Positions 1-9,565 of a stretch of DNA of 64,000 nt are shown here, in pieces; the stretch's first letter is position 1; every line of letters begins with the position of its first letter. The stretch is from assembly GCA_026395595.1 (NCBI GenBank), contig JAPLYL010000005.1, positions 12,853 to 76,852 on the forward strand, in the 5' to 3' direction. The notes under the pieces are model-generated. The model was not told where the DNA came from. It was given only the letters and a program-made list of their open reading frames with translations, and did no database searches. Origin of the DNA: Candidatus Parcubacteria bacterium (GTDB taxonomy: Bacteria > Patescibacteriota > Minisyncoccia > Phycocordibacterales > CAIJYI01). The position numbers and the translations under genes were made by a program.

Positions 1-1259
1 ACATGATAAATTCCAAAGTAAAAGGCGTGGAATTCATCGTCATGAATACTGATGCGCAGGATTTGCATCACTCGCTCGCTTCAAAAAAAGTTCACATCGG
101 AAAAAATCTCACGAGAGGACTCGGAGCCGGAATGAATCCCGATATCGGCAAACGCGCCGCCGAAGAAACAAAAGAAGAAGTGCAGAGTGTCGTCAAAGGA
201 GCAAACATGATTTTCGCAACTGCGGGAATGGGCGGAGGCACAGGAACAGGTGCAGCGCCAATCATTGCTCGTACCGCAAAAGAACTCGGCATTCTCACCA
301 TCGCTGTCGTCACCAAACCATTTTTCTTTGAAGGAGCGCAAAGAATGCGCATTGCCGAACAAGGCCTTGCCGAACTTCGAGGAGAAGTTGACGCCATGGT
401 CGTTATTCCGAATGACCGTCTTCTCGGAACGATACAAAAAGAAACCACTCTCTCCAATGCCTTCGCTCTTTCCGACGAAGTTCTCCGCCAAGCGGTTGAA
501 GGAATTTCCGACCTTATCACTATGCCGGGTATTATCAACGTAGACTTCGCCGACATCCGCGCCATTATGGAAAACGCCGGCCCGGCCCTTATGGGTATCG
601 GTATGGGCACGGGAGACAAACGCGCCGCCGAAGCGGCGAGATGCGCCATCAATTCACCCCTTCTTGATATCTCCATCAACGGAGCGCGAGGAATTCTTTT
701 TGCTGTTGCTGGAGGAGAAGACATGACCATGTTTGAAATCCAGGAAGCCGCTAAAGTCATTACCGAATCAATAGACAAAGACGCCAAGGTTATCTTCGGA
801 GCCATCAAAGACGACAAACTCAAAAAAGGCGAACTCAAAGTTACCGTTATCGCGACAGGATTTCCTCAAGATTCAAACGGAAGACCTATTGCTTCCCCTA
901 TTAGAAGAGAAGAAACACCAAGGGAGGAAAAAAGAGATGAACCGATAGTGGAAAACAAAACTGCTCCTGTTAAAACCTACATAGAAGCAAAAACAGAAGA
1001 AAAACTCGCTCCGGCAAAAGAATACGGCGAGTCAAAAGAAGAACCAAAAAGAGGACGCATCTACAATAACCTCGGCTTCTCAGGACTCCGTGATCGCCAC
1101 GAAAAAGAAGAAGAACCGATTCATATTGAAGTAAAGGAAGCCCCCGTACAAAATTCAAAACCGTCTTATGTTCCGCCCCTCCCCGAGATAATAGATGATG
1201 ACGAGGAGGACAACGAATGGGGTGTCCCGGCATTTCTTCGAAGATCAAAGTTGAAATAA
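1..1259 (+). CDS. ftsZ: Cell division GTPase FtsZ. The 5' end lies outside the window and the C-terminal tail is long and charged.
   Basis: Translation contains the tubulin/FtsZ signature GGGTGTGAAPIIA and the N-terminal GTPase core. A Glu/Lys-rich C-terminal linker follows. The ORF runs to the window edge with no start codon. Confidence 0.93.
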   Translation, partial: MINSKVKGVEFIVMNTDAQDLHHSLASKKVHIGKNLTRGLGAGMNPDIGKRAAEETKEEVQSVVKGANMIFATAGMGGGTGTGAAPIIARTAKELGILTIAVVTKPFFFEGAQRMRIAEQGLAELRGEVDAMVVIPNDRLLGTIQKETTLSNAFALSDEVLRQAVEGISDLITMPGIINVDFADIRAIMENAGPALMGIGMGTGDKRAAEAARCAINSPLLDISINGARGILFAVAGGEDMTMFEIQEAAKVITESIDKDAKVIFGAIKDDKLKKGELKVTVIATGFPQDSNGRPIASPIRREETPREEKRDEPIVENKTAPVKTYIEAKTEEKLAPAKEYGESKEEPKRGRIYNNLGFSGLRDRHEKEEEPIHIEVKEAPVQNSKPSYVPPLPEIIDDDEEDNEWGVPAFLRRSKLK

Positions 1260-1274
1260 AAAAAATAGAAGGAT

Positions 1275-1338
1275 AATAAAATAGCAAAATAGAAAAATTA
1301 TTACCGGCGTAGTAATCTTTCTATTTTGCTATTTTATT
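1275..1338. terminator. Perfect 21-bp inverted repeat (aataaaatagcaaaatagaaa / tttctattttgctattttatt) with a 22-nt loop, followed by T-runs. Likely the ftsZ terminator or a cruciform.
   Basis: Read directly from the sequence between the ftsZ stop and the trxB start. Confidence 0.55.
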
Positions 1339-1416
1339 ATTTTTTCCTGATTCGGCTTTTTTTTCTTTTTATATTATAATTGACTTAACCTATTTATTTT
1401 TTAATTTTTCACCTCT

Positions 1417-2340
1417 ATGTACGACCTCATTATCATCGGCGGCGGTCCCGCTGGCGCATCAGCGGCCATTTACGCAGCCCGCAAACAACTTAAAACACTG
1501 GTTATCGCCGGAGAATTCGCCGGACAGTCAGTCGTTTCCGAAGACATTCAAAACTGGATCGGAACCATTTCCATTTCAGGAAAAGCTCTTGCTGATAGTA
1601 TGCACGCGCAGATGCTCGCCTACTCCCACGGATTCGTAGAAGAAAAAATCGGGCAGAAAGTTACTGCCGTCAAAAAACTTCCGGAAGGATTTTCCGTTGA
1701 AACCGATGACGGAAAAACATACACCGCAAAAACGGTATTCATCGGAGTTGGAAGCAGCCGCCGAAAACTCGCCGTTCCGGGAGCTGATCAATACGAACAT
1801 AAAGGCATTACGTACTGTGCTTCATGCGACGGCCCTCTTTTTGAAGGACAAGATGTTATCGTCGTTGGAGGAGGAAATGCCGGTTTTGAAACCGCTTCCC
1901 AGCTTCTCGCTTACGCCAAAAGCGTTACCCTCATCAACAACGCCAAAGATTATTTCGCCGATCCCGTAACCATACAAAAAGTCCTCAATCATCCCAATAT
2001 GAAAGGGATTACCGACGTTACACCGATAGAAGTGAAGGGCGATAAATTCGCGAATGTTTTAGTTTACAAAGACAACAAAACAGGAGAAATAACGGAACTC
2101 CCGACCGGAGGCATCTTCGTAGAAATCGGTTTAGCCCCCGCGACAGGCTTTCTCAAAGGAATCGTGGAAATGACCGAAGGCGGACAAATAAAAGTTGACC
2201 CGCGCAGCGGAAAGACCCTCACCCCCGGCATCTGGGCCGCCGGCGATTGCACTGACCTCCCTTATCATCAAAACAACATAGCCGTAGGCGATGCGGTCCG
2301 AGCCCTGGAAGACCTCTACATCTACCTCAAAACCAAATAA
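1417..2340 (+). CDS. trxB: Thioredoxin-disulfide reductase
   Basis: N-terminal FAD motif IIGGGPAG, redox-active CASCDGP (CxxC), and a second NAD(P) motif VVGGGNAG. Confidence 0.9.
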   Translation: MYDLIIIGGGPAGASAAIYAARKQLKTLVIAGEFAGQSVVSEDIQNWIGTISISGKALADSMHAQMLAYSHGFVEEKIGQKVTAVKKLPEGFSVETDDGKTYTAKTVFIGVGSSRRKLAVPGADQYEHKGITYCASCDGPLFEGQDVIVVGGGNAGFETASQLLAYAKSVTLINNAKDYFADPVTIQKVLNHPNMKGITDVTPIEVKGDKFANVLVYKDNKTGEITELPTGGIFVEIGLAPATGFLKGIVEMTEGGQIKVDPRSGKTLTPGIWAAGDCTDLPYHQNNIAVGDAVRALEDLYIYLKTK

Positions 2341-2373
2341 AAAAATCACTTGACGGTTTCACCGCCAAGTGAC

Positions 2374-2401
2374 TTGACGAAAAGAGTATTCGCTATATAA
2401 T
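2374..2401 (+). promoter_or_regulatory. Sigma70-like promoter TTGACG-16-TATAAT upstream of ORF 2441.
   Basis: Hexamers read directly. An AAGGAG RBS sits 8 nt before the ATG at 2441. Confidence 0.45.
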
Positions 2402-2440
2402 CAAGCTCAGACAGCAACTCTGGACAAAGGAGCTTGAAAA

Positions 2441-2941
2441 ATGAAAGTAAAATACAGAAAAAACGGAAAACGCGCTTTTCGCTGCATAAAAATACCAAAA
2501 CAACTCATACCAGTAAAAGAAACTGTTACGACTGAAATCACGACGTTGCCGGCGGTGCCCTTCACGCCGAAAAAGAAAAAAAGTTTTTTCAGAACAAACA
2601 TTCTTTTTTTCTTTCTGATAGCCCTTTTGCTTGTCATCACCTTCGGGACTTGCTTTTCTCCGAAGATGATACAACAGGAAAATCAGGCTTACGTCGCTTC
2701 GGTGGAAAAAGTCACCAAGGACATTGTCATGATTCCTTCAGGAAGATTGGTATTCTATGAAAATGCTTGGAAATTTCCAACAGTACGAGCCGTTATTATC
2801 GATGATTTCAGTTATGATCTCAAAGACGGCCGTTGTATTTCATTTCATAAAGTCTTCACTGACACAAAGTCAAAAGAATGTTTTGGTACCATAAACAGAA
2901 CAGACGCCGAAAAAATAAATAACGTTCAAGAAGAACAATAA
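2441..2941 (+). CDS. Hypothetical protein with a single N-terminal transmembrane segment
   Basis: Good AAGGAG RBS and a hydrophobic stretch FFFLIALLLVITFG. A rho-independent terminator follows immediately. Confidence 0.6.
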   Translation: MKVKYRKNGKRAFRCIKIPKQLIPVKETVTTEITTLPAVPFTPKKKKSFFRTNILFFFLIALLLVITFGTCFSPKMIQQENQAYVASVEKVTKDIVMIPSGRLVFYENAWKFPTVRAVIIDDFSYDLKDGRCISFHKVFTDTKSKECFGTINRTDAEKINNVQEEQ

Positions 2942-2948
2942 AAACAAA

Positions 2949-2975
2949 CTCCGCGATAATTCGCGGAGTTTTTTG
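2949..2975 (+). terminator. Rho-independent terminator: ctccgcgataattcgcggag followed by a T-run.
   Basis: Perfect 8-bp stem plus TTTTTTG. Confidence 0.7.
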
Positions 2976-3020
2976 TGAGCAGTAGAGGAATTTCGCTCAT
3001 TACATGAGCAGTACAGGTTT

Positions 3021-3074
3021 CACCACAAGAGTACTTCCATTTTAATAGTCGCTTTGCTCCTTTAAAATTAGGTC
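3021..3074 (+). repeat. Copy A of the dispersed 54-bp core repeat (caccacaagagtacttccattttaatagtcgctttgctcctttaaaattaggtc).
   Basis: Near-identical cores at 32879-32932 and 43105-43158, and inverted at 39189-39242. Confidence 0.8.
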
Positions 3075-3170
3075 GCGTGTCTCGTTTCGCCGACCTTGGC
3101 TCACTACGACACTCTCAACCTCTTCGAATCCTCCCGCAAGTAAAGCGGTTCACTTGCTTACCGCCCACAA

Positions 3171-3200
3171 ATAAAAAAGCCTCAACGGGCTTTTTTATTT
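3171..3200. terminator. Bidirectional terminator hairpin (aaaaaagcc tcaac gggctttttt) downstream of tRNA-Val.
   Basis: Palindromic stem with A-run and T-run on either side. Confidence 0.65.
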
Positions 3201-3201
3201 G

Positions 3202-3274
3202 TGGGCGGTAGAGGATTCGAACCTCTGACATCTACAACGTCAATGTAGCGCTCTACCAACTGAGCTAACCGCCC
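3202..3274 (-). tRNA. tRNA-Val (anticodon GAC)
   Basis: The reverse complement folds as a cloverleaf. Acceptor is GGGCGGT/ACCGCCC, D-arm GCTC-AGTTGGTA-GAGC, anticodon loop TTGACGT, T-arm AGAGG-TTCGAAT-CCTCT. Confidence 0.9.
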
Positions 3275-3476
3275 TTATTCAATTGTACTCACTCGGCGTT
3301 ATCAGCCAAAATTCTTTTGTAACCTTTCAAGAGGCTACACAGTTGATAGTATCATACCCACAGAGAAATTTCCAGAGGATTACAGTGAAAAGTCTCTTTA
3401 CTCCAAACTATTGCATTTATAATATATCTATGGTATAATGAGAACAAGCTTAAAAAGCAAATAAACATACATCTTT

Positions 3477-4220
3477 ATGCCAACACAGCAAAAAAAGACG
3501 AAGCATGTTCCCAACTCAAAAACAGGCGCGCCAAAAGACGTCGCAGACTTTCGCGGGTCATTCCCTTGGAGAATCTTTCGCATTATGTCCGAATTTGTTG
3601 ACGGTTGGCAATTTCTTGCCGACTTTGACAAGACCGTAACTGTTTTCGGTTCTGCAAGAACAGGAGAAGATGATCGTTGGTACAAAGAAGCGCAAAAACT
3701 TGGAAAAATACTCGCCAAAGACGGTTATTCTATCGTCACCGGCGGTGGTCCCGGAATAATGGAAGCAGCAAACAGAGGCTCTTTTGAAAACGGGGGCGGA
3801 TCCATCGGTTTGGACATCAAACTCCCCTTTGAACAGAAAGAAAATCCGTACGTCAGAAAAGGAGTTGGTTTCTACTACTTCTTTGTCAGAAAGGTTATGC
3901 TCGCTTACTCAGCCCGCGCCTATATCTATTTCCCGGGAGGATTCGGAACTTTGGACGAACTCTTTGAAATCGTCACTCTTATCCAAACCAAAAAAGTCAC
4001 TCAGACTATTCCGGTCGTTCTCATCGGAAAAGAATTCTGGACCCCGATGCTTAAATGGATAAATGAAACAGTCATTGATAAATATCAAGCCGCCAGCGTT
4101 GAAGACAAAGCCATCTATCGGGTAGTAGATACTGCGGAAGAAGCTTACGAGATTATCAAAAAAGCTCCTGCTCGTCACGAATTTGAAGAGTACGTTACCA
4201 CCCACAAATCACACGCTTAA
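3477..4220 (+). CDS. LOG family protein (cytokinin riboside 5'-monophosphate phosphoribohydrolase-like; TIGR00730 type)
   Basis: Motifs TGGGPGIMEAANRG and PGGFGTLDELFE. Confidence 0.85.
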   Translation: MPTQQKKTKHVPNSKTGAPKDVADFRGSFPWRIFRIMSEFVDGWQFLADFDKTVTVFGSARTGEDDRWYKEAQKLGKILAKDGYSIVTGGGPGIMEAANRGSFENGGGSIGLDIKLPFEQKENPYVRKGVGFYYFFVRKVMLAYSARAYIYFPGGFGTLDELFEIVTLIQTKKVTQTIPVVLIGKEFWTPMLKWINETVIDKYQAASVEDKAIYRVVDTAEEAYEIIKKAPARHEFEEYVTTHKSHA

Positions 4221-4243
4221 AAGTTTACAAAAAAAAGAATAAA

Positions 4244-4272
4244 CCCCGACCAAACAGCCGGGGCTTATTCTT
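4244..4272 (+). terminator. Terminator hairpin ccccgaccaaacagccgggg followed by cttattctt.
   Basis: Read from the sequence after the LOG stop codon. Confidence 0.55.
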
Positions 4273-4354
4273 GTCTAAAAATCCCCAACATATATTTCCG
4301 TTTACATGAATAATCCGATATAATCAGAGATACCGATTAAAAAATTCCGGAATC

Positions 4355-6193
4355 ATGCAAACCATACTAAAAAAACATTTTGGATACGACGAATTTAGAC
4401 CTCACCAAAAAGAAGTCATAGAACAGGTGCTTGCGGGTAAAGACTGCGTTGTCCTTATGCCGACGGGCGGAGGAAAATCATTGTGTTTTCAAATTCCCGC
4501 GCTCATGATGGACGGGCTCACTATCGTTGTTTCCCCTCTTATTTCTCTCATGAAAGACCAAGTGGATGCGCTTCAAATGAACGGCATCGCGGCCGATCTC
4601 TGGAACAGCACTCTTTCCCGCGACGAAGTCATTAGTGTGGCGCAGCGAGTAAAAAGCAGAGAGCTCAAGATTCTTTACGTTGCCCCCGAACGTTTCGCTG
4701 TCGCCGGTTTTGATACGTTCCTGCATACTTTAAAATTAAGTCTGATTGCCGTAGACGAAGCGCACTGCATTTCCGAATGGGGCCACGACTTCCGACCCGA
4801 CTATCGCAATCTTAACCTCCTTCGCGCAAAATTCCCAAATGTTCCCGTTATCGCTCTCACCGCAACCGCCACCGAGAAAGTCCGCGAGGATATCATAAAA
4901 CAATTGGATTTGAAAAAACCGCAGATATTCATTTCCAGTTTTAACCGCCCGAATTTATCCTACGAAGTTCTGCCAAAAAAAGATTCCTTGCGAACGGTTC
5001 TCTCGCTTTTAAAAGAATATCAAGACGAAAGCGCGATCATTTATTGCTTCTCCCGCAACGATACGGAAAAGCTCGTCGCCAATCTCAAAAAGAACGGCAT
5101 AAAAGCCGCCCCGTATCATGCAGGACTGAACGCCGATATCCGAAAAGAAAATCAGGAAAAATTCATTCAGGACAAAGTAAACGTCATCGTCGCCACTATC
5201 GCTTTCGGTATGGGAATAGACAAACCCGACGTGCGTTTGGTTATCCATCACAGCATGCCGAAATCCGTTGAAGGATACTATCAGGAAACGGGACGTGCCG
5301 GCCGCGATGGATTGCCTGCCCGATGCGTTCTCCTTTTTTCCTACGCCGACAAATTTAAACACGACTATTTCATTCGTGCCATGCACGGAGCCGAACAGTG
5401 CTCGGCGCAAGAAAAACTGGAACACGTCATTTCTTACGGAAATCATGCCGGTTGCCGACGCCGTTTTTTGCTCCGGTATTTTGACGAAAACTACGAACCC
5501 GATAATTGTGAAAACTGTGATGGATGCATCGGAAGAACATTCACGGAAATTTTTGAAGACGATGCGCCGATCAAAATGAAAAAACGTCCGACCGCCCCGG
5601 ATGTTGAGTACGATACCGCACTCTTTGATGAACTCCGCGCTGTTAGAAAACAACAAGCGGAAAACCTCGGCGTTCCGCCCTACATTGTTTTCGGCGATAA
5701 AACTCTCCGTGAGATGGCAATCCATTATCCTCAAACCGAAACCGCCTTTTTAGAGATTAGCGGAGTCGGCCATCAAAAACTGGAACAATTTGGTGAACCG
5801 TTTATTTCCGCCATCTGCCAATACGTTGAGTCGCACGATATTCATACTAACCACAACCCTGTCCCGACCGTCGCAAAAAAAGCCAAACCCATCTACGAAG
5901 GTTCAACCTTTGACGAAACCAAAAAATTCCTCAAACAAAAAATCGGAATAAACGCCATCGCCGAAATCCGAGGACTCGCACCCGCCACCATCATCAATCA
6001 CGCAGAAAAACTTTCCACGGAAGACCCAACGCTGGATATTTCCTACCTCAAACCCGAACCGGAGCGATTCGCAAAAATCGCTGAAGCCTTCCAAAAAACC
6101 TCCAATTCCGCTCTCTCCCCTGTCCGAGAAATTTTAGGCGAAGAATACTCCTTTGACGAGATACGCCTCGCCAGAATCTTTTTGGATCAATAA
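4355..6193 (+). CDS. recQ: ATP-dependent DNA helicase RecQ
   Basis: Walker A MPTGGGKS, DEAH box VDEAHCISEWGHDFRPDY, a zinc-binding Cys cluster, and a C-terminal HRDC-like region. Confidence 0.92.
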   Translation: MQTILKKHFGYDEFRPHQKEVIEQVLAGKDCVVLMPTGGGKSLCFQIPALMMDGLTIVVSPLISLMKDQVDALQMNGIAADLWNSTLSRDEVISVAQRVKSRELKILYVAPERFAVAGFDTFLHTLKLSLIAVDEAHCISEWGHDFRPDYRNLNLLRAKFPNVPVIALTATATEKVREDIIKQLDLKKPQIFISSFNRPNLSYEVLPKKDSLRTVLSLLKEYQDESAIIYCFSRNDTEKLVANLKKNGIKAAPYHAGLNADIRKENQEKFIQDKVNVIVATIAFGMGIDKPDVRLVIHHSMPKSVEGYYQETGRAGRDGLPARCVLLFSYADKFKHDYFIRAMHGAEQCSAQEKLEHVISYGNHAGCRRRFLLRYFDENYEPDNCENCDGCIGRTFTEIFEDDAPIKMKKRPTAPDVEYDTALFDELRAVRKQQAENLGVPPYIVFGDKTLREMAIHYPQTETAFLEISGVGHQKLEQFGEPFISAICQYVESHDIHTNHNPVPTVAKKAKPIYEGSTFDETKKFLKQKIGINAIAEIRGLAPATIINHAEKLSTEDPTLDISYLKPEPERFAKIAEAFQKTSNSALSPVREILGEEYSFDEIRLARIFLDQ

Positions 6194-6235
6194 AAAACCT
6201 TCAACGTTTAGATATTGAAGGTCTTTAATCGCATT

Positions 6236-6260
6236 GCAAGGTCTTTCCTTAAGGAGGAAG
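6236..6260 (+). repeat. Copy of the short repeat gcaaggtctttccttaaggaggaa, also found at 32825-32848.
   Basis: 24/25 identity between the two sites. At 32.8 kb it forms the left end of a composite repeat element. Confidence 0.6.
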
Positions 6261-6366
6261 GGAAAGTATGAAAACCGTAGGTTTTCATCATGCGTAGCGA
6301 CCCGCGGGAGCGTCGTGAAAAATTGACTGCCCTTAGGGCTATTAAACTCTGTTAGCATCTTCGTTG

Positions 6367-6403
6367 CCGGAGCGGGTTTGTAACCCGCTCCGGAACATTT
6401 GTA
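6367..6403. repeat. GC-rich hairpin with a TTTGTAA loop (ccggagcggg tttgtaa cccgctccgg) followed by aacatttgta. REP-like.
   Basis: It shares loop and flank motifs with the hairpins at 18948-19067. Confidence 0.5.
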
Positions 6404-6426
6404 TAACCAAACAAACTTAAAACTTT

Positions 6427-7167
6427 TTACTTTACCGTCCATCCGCCATCAACCACGAGCACTTGCCCGGTAATATAGTCCGCTTTGTCCGAAGCCAAAA
6501 ACACGACCGCATTCGCGATATCCTCCGGCTGTCCGTATCTTTTTGCCGGTATGCCCGCAATCATTTGCTGTTTCGTTTCCTCCGCCATCGCTCCTGAAGC
6601 TCCAGGGGTTTCAATCGCGCCCGGAGCAACCGCATTCACATTTATCTTTCTCGGCGCCAATTCCAAAGCCAGCGCGCGAACCATACCGTTTATTCCTCCC
6701 TTGGAAGCGCAATAATGAACGAGTCCTTCAAATCCGACGACAGAAGCGATAGAAGAAATGTTTACGATCTTTCCTCCCGATTGCATCACCTTTGCCGATG
6801 CTTGAGACGTAAGAAAAATACTTTTCAAATTGACATTCATCACTTTATCCCAATCGCTTTCCGTCATCTTTTCAAAAGGAACAAAAGGATAAATGCCCGC
6901 GTTGTTCACCAAAATATCCAGCTTCCCGAACTCCTTCATCGTCCCCGCAATCAAAGCGTCAACCTCCTCTTTTTTGGAAACGTCGCATTTTATTCCAATT
7001 GCTTTCACCCCTTCACTTTTTAATTTTTCCGCGACCACATCGCAATCGTTCTGATCAATATCGCTCACCACGACATTACACCCTTCTTTTGCGAGCGCCA
7101 AAGCAATCCCCAACCCAATCCCCTGTCTCCCTCCGGTAACAATAGCCACTTTATCTTTTAACATCAT
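6427..7167 (-). CDS. SDR-family oxidoreductase (3-oxoacyl-ACP reductase FabG-like)
   Basis: TGGRQGIG Rossmann motif, NNAG, and the YxxxK catalytic region; 246 aa. Confidence 0.85.
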   Translation of the reverse strand: MMLKDKVAIVTGGRQGIGLGIALALAKEGCNVVVSDIDQNDCDVVAEKLKSEGVKAIGIKCDVSKKEEVDALIAGTMKEFGKLDILVNNAGIYPFVPFEKMTESDWDKVMNVNLKSIFLTSQASAKVMQSGGKIVNISSIASVVGFEGLVHYCASKGGINGMVRALALELAPRKINVNAVAPGAIETPGASGAMAEETKQQMIAGIPAKRYGQPEDIANAVVFLASDKADYITGQVLVVDGGWTVK

Positions 7168-7310
7168 GTTTGTATGGTATTAGTAATAATTCCCCTTCAT
7201 TATATCACGAAGAAAAATCAAAACAAAAAACCGCCCATGCGGTTTTTTGTAATGTGATTCGTCTCGAGATAGTAGCAACTTCAATTTTTATATTATTTAC
7301 TCTTTATTCG

Positions 7311-9437
7311 TTATTTTCCCTCAAACTGTGTCTGAATTTTTCGTCGGATTTCGTCCATTTGCTCCTCTTCCATTGTTTGTGTTTTTTGTCGAATTGATTC
7401 AATTTCCATTTTTCTTCGTTCTTCCCTGAGATTTTCAAGCTGTTTTTGCGTCTCAGCTCCATTATCCAACATTTTTTGAATTTTTTGTGAATTTTGAAGT
7501 ATTTGTTCTGAGAGAGATTTTATTTCCTCAGATGATTTTCCTTGGAAAAAATTCATTTTTACCAAACCAGCTTCATTCACACCTTCTTCTCTCGCTGTTT
7601 TTATTATTGTTTCAAAGTCGGCACTCCCTCCAAGTTTGTCAATCATTTTAATCATATAAGCGGCAACTTTTTCATATTCTATTGCATTTGACAAATCTTC
7701 CGCCTTGTTTGAATAGGTACTCTGCTTTTCTTTTTCGGTTTGAGATATTTCTTGTGCCCCGTCAATCTCCGCAATCTTGTTTTGAATAAGCGGGTCCGGA
7801 TTTTCTTGAGATTCAATTACTTTTTTGATTTCAACGATCCTTTCTTCCAGACTAAGATTCCTTTTGTTTGATAACGCTTCTTCCTGTGTTACTTTATTGA
7901 AATCGTCACTGAGAAGATCAATAATTTCTCCATTTGGTTGAATATTGTATACAGGAAGACCGAACTCTTTCCCAATATCAAAAGCCTGCTTCATTGCTTC
8001 CTTTGCGTTGGAAAAACCGGATAGACGTGTGGTATCAATAAAAACTCCGGCAACCTTTGGTTTTTCAACGACTATCTCGTTCCATTCTCCAACTTGTATA
8101 TCCCAATCACCGCGTTCTCTTTTTAACGCTTTCTCCGTGTTTTTCTCTATATTTTCTTGGACTGATGACTTTAAATTTTTATCATATGTTGAACGGCGAA
8201 TAAAAGGATTATCAGCGTAGGTTCCCGCGTCTGATCCGTATGCGCTCAAAACAGTTCCTTCTCCGACAATTAAGCCTATTGGGGTAAACGTTTTTGATTC
8301 CGTATCTTCTCCAGAGAGATTGACGGTTGAAACCGATATTGTCGGTTCAACACCCATAACCATTCTTGCTCTATCCATTGCTGTGACCTTTATTTTTCCA
8401 AAGTTTGCCGTGTCAGAGTCATACTGTAAGGTATGCAGAAATATCACATTTTTTTCTTGAGAAAGAGAGTTAATATCTCTTTCTTTACTTTTTTCTTGTT
8501 CAAATTTTTCTTTTATTCCAGATTGTTCTTCATAAAATTTACGGAGTTCGTTTTTTGCTTCGTCCGCCTCGTTCTCGTCAAGCACTACCTCGCCGAATTC
8601 ATTGATTATTTCTTTTTTCTCTGCAATGTTTTTTTGAAGATTCTCAGATTTGATTTCCAGATCGGAAAGTCCCGGCTCTCCCGGCAACTCTTTTTTGATG
8701 CCAAAAAAGTTCGCAATTTTATACGTTATTTTATTTTTTTCTTTTTCAAGTTCTCCTTGTTTTACCTCTATGTTTTTTTGTATTTCGCCGGCTGAATTTT
8801 CAAGGTTGGCAATTTCAATTTCTGTTGCTTCTTTTTTTGTCGTATTTTCTAAATTTTGGTTTGCGATGGAAGCTTTTTTCTCCCGTACGCTTGCACGTAT
8901 TTCTCTAATTTTTTCAGCCATTTGGTCACGCCAGAAACCTGAGTATTTCTTGGTGAAATCATACGCCTCTTCTTTAGGTGTCGGGGGGATATCTTCTTTT
9001 TTAGAAATAGCATTGATTTCTTCTTCGCTGAGTTCTGTTGAAATTCCGGATTGTTCATTCTCTTTTGTTTGGATAGCGGTTTCAGATTCTTCTTTCTTGC
9101 TCTCAGCGAGTTTTTTCCACTGAGAAAAAGAGTATTCTGAAGACCCCCAATTTTCTTTATTGTTTAGCGCAGGAACTCCGATACTGACATCTTGTTCTAC
9201 CGCGTTATTAACAAGTTCGCTACGAATTTTTTCAGTAGCGGGCGAGGCGAATATCTTTCCGTTTTCATCTGAAAAAACAATAACCCCATTTGTTTCATTC
9301 CATGTGTTCGGTTGCATATGCATATTCTCCGTTGATTGGCCGATAATTTGCAACTGTCCAATATCCATCGCATTTTCTTTTAGTTTATTTAAAACAGCAG
9401 CGGATGTGTTTTCTCGTTGAGGGAATAATTCTTTCAT
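7311..9437 (-). CDS. Large (708 aa) acidic coiled-coil protein of unknown function
   Basis: Long unbroken ORF with extensive Glu/Lys heptad-like stretches, no transmembrane segment, and no recognisable enzymatic motif. A strong terminator lies at 7228-7252. Confidence 0.7.
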   Translation of the reverse strand: MKELFPQRENTSAAVLNKLKENAMDIGQLQIIGQSTENMHMQPNTWNETNGVIVFSDENGKIFASPATEKIRSELVNNAVEQDVSIGVPALNNKENWGSSEYSFSQWKKLAESKKEESETAIQTKENEQSGISTELSEEEINAISKKEDIPPTPKEEAYDFTKKYSGFWRDQMAEKIREIRASVREKKASIANQNLENTTKKEATEIEIANLENSAGEIQKNIEVKQGELEKEKNKITYKIANFFGIKKELPGEPGLSDLEIKSENLQKNIAEKKEIINEFGEVVLDENEADEAKNELRKFYEEQSGIKEKFEQEKSKERDINSLSQEKNVIFLHTLQYDSDTANFGKIKVTAMDRARMVMGVEPTISVSTVNLSGEDTESKTFTPIGLIVGEGTVLSAYGSDAGTYADNPFIRRSTYDKNLKSSVQENIEKNTEKALKRERGDWDIQVGEWNEIVVEKPKVAGVFIDTTRLSGFSNAKEAMKQAFDIGKEFGLPVYNIQPNGEIIDLLSDDFNKVTQEEALSNKRNLSLEERIVEIKKVIESQENPDPLIQNKIAEIDGAQEISQTEKEKQSTYSNKAEDLSNAIEYEKVAAYMIKMIDKLGGSADFETIIKTAREEGVNEAGLVKMNFFQGKSSEEIKSLSEQILQNSQKIQKMLDNGAETQKQLENLREERRKMEIESIRQKTQTMEEEQMDEIRRKIQTQFEGK

Positions 9438-9523
9438 AATGAAATTATATTAATTCTTTGTTCTCCTTCATTATATCTTTTTTAATTATTTTTGAAAAAG
9501 AAAAAACCTATTGAACCGGACCC

Positions 9524-9565
9524 CAAAAAGTGGACCCGAAAGTGTCCACTTTTTGGGGTCCGGTT
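9524..9565. terminator. Perfect 18-bp stem hairpin (aaccggaccccaaaaagtggac ... gtccactttttggggtccggtt) with a T-run on the minus strand.
   Basis: Read directly. It could terminate minus-strand transcripts from 9818..10138 or the tRNAs. Confidence 0.45.

Noticed and set aside
81-838. Long antisense or alternative-frame ORFs inside ftsZ (81..491 -, 92..838 -, 250..543 +)
   Set aside because: They overlap a confidently identified ftsZ frame. Their sequences are low-complexity (Ala/Ser/Pro-rich), as expected from reading GC-biased coding sequence off-frame. They have no RBS or promoter.
8433-9123. Plus-strand ORFs 8433..8795 and 8650..9123 inside the 708-aa gene
   Set aside because: Phe/Leu/Ser-rich translations typical of the antisense of Glu/Lys-rich coding DNA. 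They are wholly contained in the larger minus-strand ORF.
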